DNA of 64,000 nt, from positions 480 to 64,479 of the forward strand of contig JAKAEB010000017.1 of assembly GCA_021818445.1 (NCBI GenBank). Direction: 5' to 3'. The notes beneath the pieces were generated by a model. It did not search any database. It was given only the letters and a program-made list of their open reading frames with translations, and had not been told where the DNA came from. The stretch comes from Planctomycetota bacterium. GTDB lineage: Bacteria; Planctomycetota; Phycisphaerae; WQYP01. Below, one piece after another: positions 56,808 to 64,000 of the stretch. Position 1 is the stretch's first letter. The number at the start of each line of letters is the position of its first letter. The position numbers and the translations under genes are program-made.

Positions 56808-57094
56808 GCGTTATCACCTCGCACTTTCCCGCTCACCCCCGGGGTACAATCTTGCTTGGCAACACCAACTGGTATTTTCAACCCTAGGTTACTGATTCCC
56901 CCGCACCCCTGCAACCAAAGCATTCTGCGAAAATCCCGAAGGCAAGCCGCCAGCCACGCCCCGCGCATGGAGCCATCTTTTCTTTTACACTATGGTTGCA
57001 CGGGGCCGACACACTTTAAGCCCGGGCATCATCTTGCCGATAATGCTGTTAAGGCGGCGGGCTCCCGGGTTGGCCGTCAGGCGGAAAGGTTTTC

Positions 57095-58114
57095 ATGCGC
57101 GTACTACTGGCGGATTCCAATCGGCTCAGCATTCGTCTGATAAAAAAGCATCTCGTCGCCGCCGGCTTTGAAGTTCTCGTGACCGATTCCTCTGAAGAGG
57201 CGGAAAACATCGTACGCGAGGGTCTCTGCCGACTGGTTCTGGTGGATTGGAATCTGGACGGCCCCGAAGCTGGATTAAAATTATGCCAAACGATTCGGCA
57301 TGAAGAGATGTGGGGCTACATCTACCTCATTTTACTGACGGAAAATAATGATTCACAAGATCGCGTCCGCGGGCTTAACTTCGGTGCCGATGAATTTCTG
57401 CACCGCCCGTTTGACCCCGACGAACTTGTCGCCCGGGTGCGGGCTGGAGAACGTGTGCTCTCCCTCGATACCCGCAACGTTGCCATTTTTGCCATGGCCA
57501 AATTGGCGGAATCGCGTGATCCGGAATCCGGCATGCATCTTGAGCGGGTGCAAAATTATTCGCGCCTTCTCGCCCAGGAATTGGCCCTCACCCCCGACCA
57601 CCATCAGACGATCAATGCCAACTTCATCCGCTGGGTTTATCTCACCAGTCCGCTGCACGATATCGGCAAGGTGGCCATCCCCGATTATGTCCTTCTCAAG
57701 CCCGGCCGCCTGACCGACCGCGAATTCACCCTGATGAAAACCCACACCACACTCGGTGCCAACACCATCGATATCGCCCTGCGGCGCTTTCCTGAAGCCC
57801 AGTTTCTTCAAATTGCGCGTGAAATCACCGCTACCCATCATGAACGCATCGACGGTACCGGCTACCCCATGCAGTTGCGCGGCGAAGAAATACCGCTAAG
57901 CGGCCGCATCGTCGCCCTGGCCGACGTGTATGACGCCCTTACCTCGCGCCGTCTGTACAAAGACGCCTTCAGCCATGAGGTGGCCAAGTCTATTATTCTC
58001 TCCGCCGGCGGCACGCAGTTTGATCCGCAGGTAATTGCCGCCTTTTTACGGATTGAAGATTCCATCCACGCCGTGCGCGAAAGATTCTCCGAGCGTCCCG
58101 CCCTGATCACCTGA
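57095..58114 (+). CDS. Response regulator with an HD-GYP output domain (RpfG-like c-di-GMP phosphodiesterase)
   Basis: Receiver domain: MRVLLADSN...LVLVDWNLDG. HD-GYP domain: LHDIGKVAIPD, THHERIDGTGYPMQLRGEEIPLSGRIVALADVYDAL. Confidence 0.9.
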   Translation: MRVLLADSNRLSIRLIKKHLVAAGFEVLVTDSSEEAENIVREGLCRLVLVDWNLDGPEAGLKLCQTIRHEEMWGYIYLILLTENNDSQDRVRGLNFGADEFLHRPFDPDELVARVRAGERVLSLDTRNVAIFAMAKLAESRDPESGMHLERVQNYSRLLAQELALTPDHHQTINANFIRWVYLTSPLHDIGKVAIPDYVLLKPGRLTDREFTLMKTHTTLGANTIDIALRRFPEAQFLQIAREITATHHERIDGTGYPMQLRGEEIPLSGRIVALADVYDALTSRRLYKDAFSHEVAKSIILSAGGTQFDPQVIAAFLRIEDSIHAVRERFSERPALIT

Positions 58115-58174
58115 TGCCACCGTTGCCGTCGCCGGCTAAAAAAATAATATAAAATCATGCGGCAAGCCGCTGGC

Positions 58175-58933
58175 CTATTGATAATCGGCCGTGCTGGCCG
58201 GTGGTGCCGCCTCCATATGCCGCAGCAGGTGCGAAAATATTTCACGCCACGCCTCCCGCGCGCACGCCGGATGGTAATACGCCGGCCGGTCGCTCATAAA
58301 CCCGTGGCCCGCCGGATAGGTTTCCAGCGCAAACGGCCGCTGATGTTCGCCCAGCTTGCTTACAATGCGGGCGTGCTCGGCTGGCGGTATGTGCGCATCC
58401 TGATTGCCGTAAATAAAGAGCAATCCGGCTGACAGGGCGGCGATATCGTTCCTTGCGATGGGTACCGGACGGCCACGCTTGTCGGTTGTACCCTCCGCCC
58501 CAATGCCGCCGCCGTAGCAGCACACGGCCACATCCACCTGTTGCCCAAGTTCACACGCCCCGATAAACGCCAGTCGTCCGCCCATGCAAAACCCCAGCAG
58601 TCCCACCGGCTGCCCGACTCCCTGCGGTTGCTGATGCGCCCATTGAATAACATTTTTAATTATCCCCACCGAGCCATCATCGCCGCACGCCGCTACCGCT
58701 GCCATCGCCCCTGGCATGTCGCCATAGTCAATCACCCGGCCTTGAAATAAATCGGGTGCGACGGCAAAGAAACCATGCGACGCCACGTGCGATACCACAT
58801 CATCCCAGTGTCCGTTAAGCCCGAATGCCTCATGCAGGATAACCACAATCGGCGCTTTCTCCGCCGGTGCCGCCACCGAAATCATCACCCCTGAATCCAG
58901 CTTCAGTCGCTGTGCTTTGATACCGGTGGTCAT
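58175..58933 (-). CDS. Dienelactone hydrolase family protein
   Basis: ATG 58933 is preferred over the TTG at 58948. PIVVILHEAFGLNGH, FAVAPDLF, and nucleophile elbow GFCMGG. Confidence 0.85.
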   Translation of the reverse strand: MTTGIKAQRLKLDSGVMISVAAPAEKAPIVVILHEAFGLNGHWDDVVSHVASHGFFAVAPDLFQGRVIDYGDMPGAMAAVAACGDDGSVGIIKNVIQWAHQQPQGVGQPVGLLGFCMGGRLAFIGACELGQQVDVAVCCYGGGIGAEGTTDKRGRPVPIARNDIAALSAGLLFIYGNQDAHIPPAEHARIVSKLGEHQRPFALETYPAGHGFMSDRPAYYHPACAREAWREIFSHLLRHMEAAPPASTADYQ

Positions 58934-58948
58934 CCATCTGCCTTTCAA

Positions 58949-59005
58949 TAAAAAAAAATAAAAACAATATGCAGGACGCAGGCGCTCTTTGTATCCCGCC
59001 TGCGC
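58949..59005 (-). terminator. Intrinsic terminator downstream of tpx
   Basis: On the minus strand, the 9-bp stem GCGCAGGCG / CGCCTGCGU (59005..58997 and 58984..58976) with a 12-nt loop is followed within about 10 nt by TTGTTTTTATTTTTTTTT. Confidence 0.55.
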
Positions 59006-59032
59006 GCATCGCGTGTTTACTTTGCGACCGTC

Positions 59033-59533
59033 TTACCGGGCCGCCGCCAAAGCTGCCGCGTAGTTGGGCTCCTGTGCAATCTCCGGTACCAATTCGGTGT
59101 ACGTCACCTTGCCGCTGGCATCCAGCACGACAATGCTGCGCGCCAGCAGCCCCGCCATGCCCCCATCCAGAATCCGCACACCGAGCTTCTGGCCAAATTC
59201 CGGATGCCGAAACGCCGACGCCGTATGCACGTTCTTTATCCCCTCGGCCCCGCAAAAACGGTTCAGCGCAAAAGGTAAATCCATCGATACACACAGCACC
59301 GTCACATCCTTAAGCCCGGCCGCGTCCTGATTAAAATGCCGCACCGACGCCGAACATACACTCGTATCAATACTTGGAAATATATTGAGTATCAGCCGCT
59401 TGCCGGCAAAGCTGCTCAGTGCCGCATCGGTCAAATCCGCCTTGGTTACCTTGATGTCACTTAAATCCGTGCCCGCCTTTGGCAATTCGCCCACCGTATG
59501 CAGAGGGTTGCCCTTGAGAGTTATTTTCGCCAT
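59033..59533 (-). CDS. tpx: Thiol peroxidase (atypical 2-Cys peroxiredoxin)
   Basis: MAKITLKGNPLHTVGELP..., with the peroxidatic Cys in FPSIDTSVCSASV and the resolving Cys in FCGAEG. GGAG RBS precedes ATG 59533. Confidence 0.92.
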   Translation of the reverse strand: MAKITLKGNPLHTVGELPKAGTDLSDIKVTKADLTDAALSSFAGKRLILNIFPSIDTSVCSASVRHFNQDAAGLKDVTVLCVSMDLPFALNRFCGAEGIKNVHTASAFRHPEFGQKLGVRILDGGMAGLLARSIVVLDASGKVTYTELVPEIAQEPNYAAALAAAR

Positions 59534-59559
59534 GGTTACTCCAATACTTACCTTGTTCG

Positions 59560-60582
59560 TCAAGCCATTTTCAGCACGGCCCGGAATCGAACCTTTCCGG
59601 ACATCATATGCTCAAAGGCGTCCGCCGCCTTCTCCAACGGAAACTCTTCTACCATAACCTGCGTTTTTGTTAAAGCTGCAAACTCCAGACACTCCTGCGA
59701 GTCCATGGCATGTCCGCTTGGCCACCCCATGATGCTTTTACGCTTCATAATCAATTCCACCGGCGTAACGGGTATCGGATCACTCCCCGCGCCCACCACC
59801 ACCAATTTACCGCCCGCACCCAATGCCTCCACCAGCGGGTGCATCGTCTTGGAATCCGGTGCTGTGGCCAGTATCACCGCCGCTCCACCCAGTTTCCGCA
59901 ATGCCCGGCTCGGCGGCTCGGCCGATGTGTCAATGTACTCATGCGCCCCCAGTTTTGCTGCCATCTCACGCTTGCTGCCCGATGTCGATATAGCCACCAC
60001 ATGAAACCCCATCGCCCGCGCAAACTGAATGCCCAGATGACCCAAGCCTCCCAGCCCCTGCACGCCTACCACATCGCCCGGCTTGGCACCGCTGTGCCGC
60101 AATGCGTTAAATGTCGTCACCCCGGCACACAGCAGGGGGGCACCTGCCACGGAGTCGAGTCCATCTGGCACCCGTGCCAAGGCATCCTGCGGGGCCACCA
60201 TATACTGGGCATAACCGCCATCATAAGATATGCCGCACACCTTCCCCTTGTCGCAGGTTATAAAATCGCCGCGGCGGCAACTGTCGCATACAAAACACTG
60301 CCCTCCATGCCAACCCACCCCCACACGCTGCCCCGGGGAAAAGGTCTTTACCTCCGGTCCCACGGCATCCACCACACCGATGATCTCATGCCCCGGCACA
60401 CGCGGATATTTAATCCCCGGAAACGTCCCTTCCTTTACCATCACGTCGCTATGACATACGCCGCACGCCTCTACCTTGACCCGCACCAGATTGCCAACCG
60501 CCTCCGGTATGGGCTTTTCCACCAGTTCAAAATTGCCCTTGGCCTTGCCGATCTGCGCCGCTAACATCGTTCCCATGTTCAC
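59560..60582 (-). CDS. Zinc-dependent alcohol dehydrogenase (MDR family)
   Basis: CGVCHSDVMVKEG...PGHEIIGVV carries the catalytic zinc ligands. CFVCDSCRRGDFITC is the structural zinc site. GVQGLGGLGHLGIQFA is the NAD-binding fold. Confidence 0.92.
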   Translation of the reverse strand: MNMGTMLAAQIGKAKGNFELVEKPIPEAVGNLVRVKVEACGVCHSDVMVKEGTFPGIKYPRVPGHEIIGVVDAVGPEVKTFSPGQRVGVGWHGGQCFVCDSCRRGDFITCDKGKVCGISYDGGYAQYMVAPQDALARVPDGLDSVAGAPLLCAGVTTFNALRHSGAKPGDVVGVQGLGGLGHLGIQFARAMGFHVVAISTSGSKREMAAKLGAHEYIDTSAEPPSRALRKLGGAAVILATAPDSKTMHPLVEALGAGGKLVVVGAGSDPIPVTPVELIMKRKSIMGWPSGHAMDSQECLEFAALTKTQVMVEEFPLEKAADAFEHMMSGKVRFRAVLKMA

Positions 60583-60757
60583 TCCTTAAAAATGGTTCAT
60601 ATTAAAATCGAGTCTTCATCGACAACCCTCTATCGTAGGCACCCCGCCCGGCCCACGCCAATTGCCATACCGCATAGCCACCGCCCACGCCCCTGCCATC
60701 CGCGGTCATCCCAACCACTTTACCCTTCTGCCTCCGCCCACTGTAAACTATGGCACG

Positions 60758-61324
60758 ATGAACAGCGTTGAACCATACCGCATTCGCCGGGCTGATGGAT
60801 TTTGGCGGGCGGATAACGCCAGCATCTGCGGCCACGTCGTGATCGGCGAAGATTGCAGCATCTGGTTTGGAGCCGTCATCCGTGGTGATGTGGCCCGCAT
60901 CACCCTTGGCCGCCGCACCAACATACAGGACGGCGTCATCATTCATTGCGATTCCGGGGTTGATCAAACCATCGGCGACCAGGTTACCGCCGGCCATGGG
61001 GCCGTGCTGCATGGGGCCCGTGTCGGCCATCGCGTGCTTATCGGCATGAATGCCGTCCTGCTTGGCCGCACCGTGGTGGAGGACGATGCCATCATCGCTG
61101 CCGGTGCCGTGGTGTCGCCCGGTATGCATGTGCCTGCCGGGATGGTGGCCATGGGCGTACCGGCCAAAATTGTCCGCCCCGTCCGACCGCAGGAACGCAT
61201 CGACAATCTTGCCAATAACGACCACTATGTGCAGCTTGCCGCCGACCATTGCCTGCATCCGGAAACATATTATCCCGCGTCGTTGGGCTACCATCCGCCC
61301 CACCCGGTTCCGCACAAAAAATAA
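60758..61324 (+). CDS. Gamma-carbonic-anhydrase-like / hexapeptide-repeat (LbH) protein
   Basis: ATG 60758. VIGEDCSIWFGAVIRGDVARITLGRRTNIQDGVIIH...GHGAVLHGARVGHRVLIGMNAVLLGRTVVEDDAIIAAGAVV is the YrdA/PaaY-type left-handed beta-helix. Confidence 0.88.
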   Translation: MNSVEPYRIRRADGFWRADNASICGHVVIGEDCSIWFGAVIRGDVARITLGRRTNIQDGVIIHCDSGVDQTIGDQVTAGHGAVLHGARVGHRVLIGMNAVLLGRTVVEDDAIIAAGAVVSPGMHVPAGMVAMGVPAKIVRPVRPQERIDNLANNDHYVQLAADHCLHPETYYPASLGYHPPHPVPHKK

Positions 61325-61351
61325 TACTTCTATATTACTGGAGCATCCCCA

Positions 61352-61855
61352 ATGTTATATCTCACACTCATCATGCGTTGGTTGCATATTCTTGGTGCCG
61401 CCATATTGGTTGGTGCTCCGTTCATCATGTGGCTGGGCATTTATCCCGCCACCGCCAAACTGCCCGATGATCGCCGCGCGGAATTTCTGGAGGCCGTCAA
61501 CAAGCCGTGGCGCAAATTTCTCGGCCTCGTCATCCTGATCCAGATCGTATCGGGTATTTATTGGCTGTTGGTGGTGGAACATATGAGCCACGAGCCACCC
61601 ATCTATCAGGCCCTGCTGGGTATCAAGATGCTGGCTGCATTTGCCCTGTTTTTTGTTTTGTCGGTGCTGGCCGGACGGGCCAAGGCGTTTGACGAATTTC
61701 GCCGCAAGGCCCCCATGTGGATCGGCATTGCCGTCGCCCTCGGCATACTGACGGTGATTTGCGCCAGTTCCATGCGGATCGTCAACCTGCATCGGCGGGA
61801 AGTGCAGTTGCTGCACGTTGAGATCGGCCATGCGTCGATGACGATTTCCAAATAG
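61352..61855 (+). CDS. Four-TM membrane protein, hypothetical
   Basis: RWLHILGAAILVGAPFIMWLGI, LGLVILIQIVSGIYWLLVV, MLAAFALFFVLSVLAG and IGIAVALGILTVICA. Starts 27 nt after the gamma-CA-like gene. Confidence 0.65.
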   Translation: MLYLTLIMRWLHILGAAILVGAPFIMWLGIYPATAKLPDDRRAEFLEAVNKPWRKFLGLVILIQIVSGIYWLLVVEHMSHEPPIYQALLGIKMLAAFALFFVLSVLAGRAKAFDEFRRKAPMWIGIAVALGILTVICASSMRIVNLHRREVQLLHVEIGHASMTISK

Positions 61856-62194
61856 CCGTTGCCCGCGGCCATCGCCCCCGCGCTGCAAATACTTTTTCTC
61901 ACCGCCCTGATGGCGGGTTTCCCAGCCGAAACATATAACACCGGGATTGGCCGGGGGTGCTCAATGGTCGTAACTGGGCCGAGAAAAATAACTTCGCGCT
62001 CATAGCGCTTTCCGCGGTGCAAATGGGTACTTTCGTTCACCGCCAAGCGCCGGGCGTATCGGCGTTTGAATGGATTATTCTGTCATTAATCGCGACCATT
62101 AGACCGATCCTGATGATATGGCGCGTACCAACGCAATTCACCAACCCGCACGGCAGGTGGCACACCGGAAGCCGCACCGCGTCACCGGCAATGG

Positions 62195-63403
62195 CTATTT
62201 CTGCCTGGCGGTGGGCGGTGCCTTGGCGTTAAGCGATTCAATCACCTTGAGTTCGTCCAATGCCTGCTTACCACTCGGGTCGCCCGCCGCCGCTTCCCTC
62301 TTGAACCAGCGCTTGGCCGCCTTGTAGTTGACTTTCACACCCAGCCCCTTGGCGTACATCACCCCGATCCGGCCCATAGCCGGCGCGTAACCCATGGCGG
62401 CGGCCTTTCTGTCCCATTTCATCGCCTTGGCGCAATTTCGCGGCACACCCCGGCCTTTCGCGTAGAGCGTGCCGATGCCGTACATCGCCTTGTCGTTGCC
62501 CGCCGCTGCGGCCTTGCGGTACCATTTCATCGCCTTGGTATAGTTTCGCCACACTCGTCGGCCTTCGGCGTAAACCCAGCCGAGGTTGTAGGCCGCGTCG
62601 CTGCCGCCAAGCATTGCGGATCCGCGAAGCCATCTCATCGCCTTGCGGTTGCCTGCCGCCGCGGCTTTGCAAGACCATTTCCACGACTTGGCGTAATCCC
62701 GCGGTACGCCTTGGCCCTCGGCGTAGAGCAGACCGATATCCCTCATGGCCCTGCCGTCGCCCGCCGCTGCGGCCTTGCGGTACCATTTCATCGCCCTGGC
62801 GTAATCCTGCGGCACGCACCAGCCCTTTGCGTAAAGCAGGCCGATGACATTCATCGCCTTGCCGTCGCCGGTTGCTGCGGCCTTGCGGAACCATTTCAGC
62901 GCCTTGATGCAATTTTGCGGCACGCCCAGGCCCACCAAATACATCGCCCCGATGTTGTCCATTGCGAGCGCCGACCCACCGGCGGCACCCCTGCGATACC
63001 AAGCCAGCCCCTTGGCGTAATCTCGCGGCACGCCTTGCCCGTTGGCATACATCGCGCCGACGTCGTTCATTGCAAGCGCCGACCCCGCTGCCCCGGCCTT
63101 GCTAAACCACGCCATAGCCTTGGCAAAATTTTGCGGCACACCACTCCCTTTGAGGTAAAGTGTGCCGAGTCGGACCATCGCCTGGCGGGAACCCGAGGCG
63201 GCCCGTTTGCGGAGCTCGGCGAGGCTCGCTTCACCTGGCCCGCCCTCCTGCCGCTTGGCGGGCGCGGTGCCAATTGCTTTGGCCGGTGCGGAAGCGGTCG
63301 GCGGCCCATCGCCGGCGGACGCCCGGGCCGCCGGAAAAAACGCGCCAAGAAATACCGCCGCGAGCAATCCTCGCCCAATGTACCTATGCAAGCCGAACGC
63401 CAT
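62195..63403 (-). CDS. Secreted Sel1-repeat (SLR) protein
   Basis: ATG 63403 with GGAGGAG upstream and signal GLLAAVFLGAFFPAARASA. About nine repeats of the type AMxxxGxxYxxGxGVPxDYxKAxxWYRKAAxxG. Confidence 0.88.
   Translation of the reverse strand: MAFGLHRYIGRGLLAAVFLGAFFPAARASAGDGPPTASAPAKAIGTAPAKRQEGGPGEASLAELRKRAASGSRQAMVRLGTLYLKGSGVPQNFAKAMAWFSKAGAAGSALAMNDVGAMYANGQGVPRDYAKGLAWYRRGAAGGSALAMDNIGAMYLVGLGVPQNCIKALKWFRKAAATGDGKAMNVIGLLYAKGWCVPQDYARAMKWYRKAAAAGDGRAMRDIGLLYAEGQGVPRDYAKSWKWSCKAAAAGNRKAMRWLRGSAMLGGSDAAYNLGWVYAEGRRVWRNYTKAMKWYRKAAAAGNDKAMYGIGTLYAKGRGVPRNCAKAMKWDRKAAAMGYAPAMGRIGVMYAKGLGVKVNYKAAKRWFKREAAAGDPSGKQALDELKVIESLNAKAPPTARQK
62300..63160. repeat. Intragenic Sel1-unit DNA repeats
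   Basis: An identical 34-nt string CGCCGCTGCGGCCTTGCGGTACCATTTCATCGCC occurs at 62501 and at 62762. Near-copies are present elsewhere, e.g. GCGGCCTTGCGGAACCATTTCAGCGCC at about 62876. Confidence 0.7.
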
Positions 63404-63741
63404 CGAGGCTCCTCCAAGGCTTTTCCGACGCGCCGCACGCTGCGACGCCACCACCATCAGCAGGACCACCCAAAGCTGGCACCGTCGACCGTCCAAATAC
63501 CCCGGCACTGCGGTCATGGGTGGTTACGCAAATATTGAAAAGCGATCATCATTGCGCCCTCCCATAGCAATCCCGCTACCGCCGCGGCCACCAACGATTT
63601 TTTCCCCTCGAGGTGGCCGGCGTTGGGTGCCCTGACCGCGTGTTTCCTCCCCTCCATCCAGATAACGCTCGCCTCCCCGCTGCGGTTCGCCGTTTTACAC
63701 ACCACTCCGGGCACCGTTTGGTGGACACCCCGCCTACGAGC

Positions 63742-63990
63742 CTATTTGGCTCCGGCCAGCGTCCTTGTAGGAACAACCGCATCCGGCTCTATGGCCTGCA
63801 AAAGAAACAGGAAGAAGATCACCAGACAGGTTGGTGTCTGCAGATACGGGGTTCCAATCGAATACCAGAATCCCAGCGAGATCATCAGGGCAAAGATCGC
63901 CTCACGAACGCGCACACGTTTGATCGCGTCAATGTCCTGCCGCAGCACCAACCGCCGTCGGTATCGAAGCAGGGCCCCCCGGTCCACCAT
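63742..63990 (-). CDS. Small membrane protein, hypothetical (weak; close to the window edge)
   Basis: 82-aa ORF with two hydrophobic segments (AIFALMISLGFWYSIG, CLVIFFLFLLQAI). No recognised family. Confidence 0.3.
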   Translation of the reverse strand: MVDRGALLRYRRRLVLRQDIDAIKRVRVREAIFALMISLGFWYSIGTPYLQTPTCLVIFFLFLLQAIEPDAVVPTRTLAGAK

Positions 63991-64000
63991 CGTCAGGAAC

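Noticed and set aside
60758-61324. Functional link between the gamma-CA-like protein and the DAB pump
   Set aside because: The genes are about 30 kb apart with unrelated genes between them. YrdA/PaaY-type LbH proteins are common housekeeping genes and often lack CA activity.
1-64000. CRISPR arrays, tRNA/rRNA genes, IS elements
   Set aside because: Visual scanning of the intergenic regions found no regularly spaced direct repeats, no cloverleaf-compatible tRNA sequences, and no transposase-like ORFs or terminal inverted repeats. Only the small dyads listed as features were seen. A tRNAscan/Infernal run would be needed to be certain.

Overview
Chromosomal window of roughly 55-60% GC (estimated by eye). 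The gene content points to the PVC superphylum (Planctomycetota, Verrucomicrobiota or Lentisphaerota): a PEP-CTERM sorting signal, a prepilin-type N-terminus with an H-X9-DG (DUF1559-type) domain, a GxGYxYP protein, and many secreted HEAT-, TPR-, Sel1- and PDZ-type proteins. I saw no rRNA, tRNA, CRISPR array, transposase or integrase. Layout: (1) 1-22.5 kb is a CAZyme island, mostly on the plus strand. It holds three GH78-type rhamnosidase paralogs (one runs off the left edge and is missing from the ORF track), a GH79 beta-glucuronidase/heparanase-like enzyme, a GH63-like six-hairpin enzyme, two GH99-like TIM-barrel proteins, a truncated GH43-like remnant and a XylR/AraC-type regulator. A PEP-CTERM/pseudopilin gene pair sits inside it. 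(2) 22.7-24.9 kb has an XRE-HTH/S24 (LexA-like) repressor with a perfect palindromic operator, a ~440-nt G-rich ORF-free segment ending in a strong intrinsic terminator (candidate structured RNA), and mscL. (3) 25.1-30.2 kb has a LysR regulator divergent from a dabB-dabA (DAB) inorganic-carbon pump. (4) 31-34.5 kb has panD, then an active HtrA/DegP protease followed by a paralog that looks catalytically dead. (5) 34.7-41.1 kb is a tightly packed five-gene minus-strand operon: Gfo/Idh/MocA oxidoreductase, PAS histidine kinase, NarL-type response regulator, GxGYxYP protein and a GT2 glycosyltransferase. (6) 43.0-45.7 kb is an AT-rich spacer followed by an orphan RHS C-terminal cassette with downstream small membrane proteins. 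(7) 46-64 kb holds TPR, PDZ and Sel1 secreted proteins, a NapG/MauM-like ferredoxin, two HD-GYP proteins, holA, a three-gene membrane/zinc-finger operon, and housekeeping redox genes (tpx, adh, dienelactone hydrolase, gamma-CA-like). All functional calls rest on motif recognition by eye; no database search was run.
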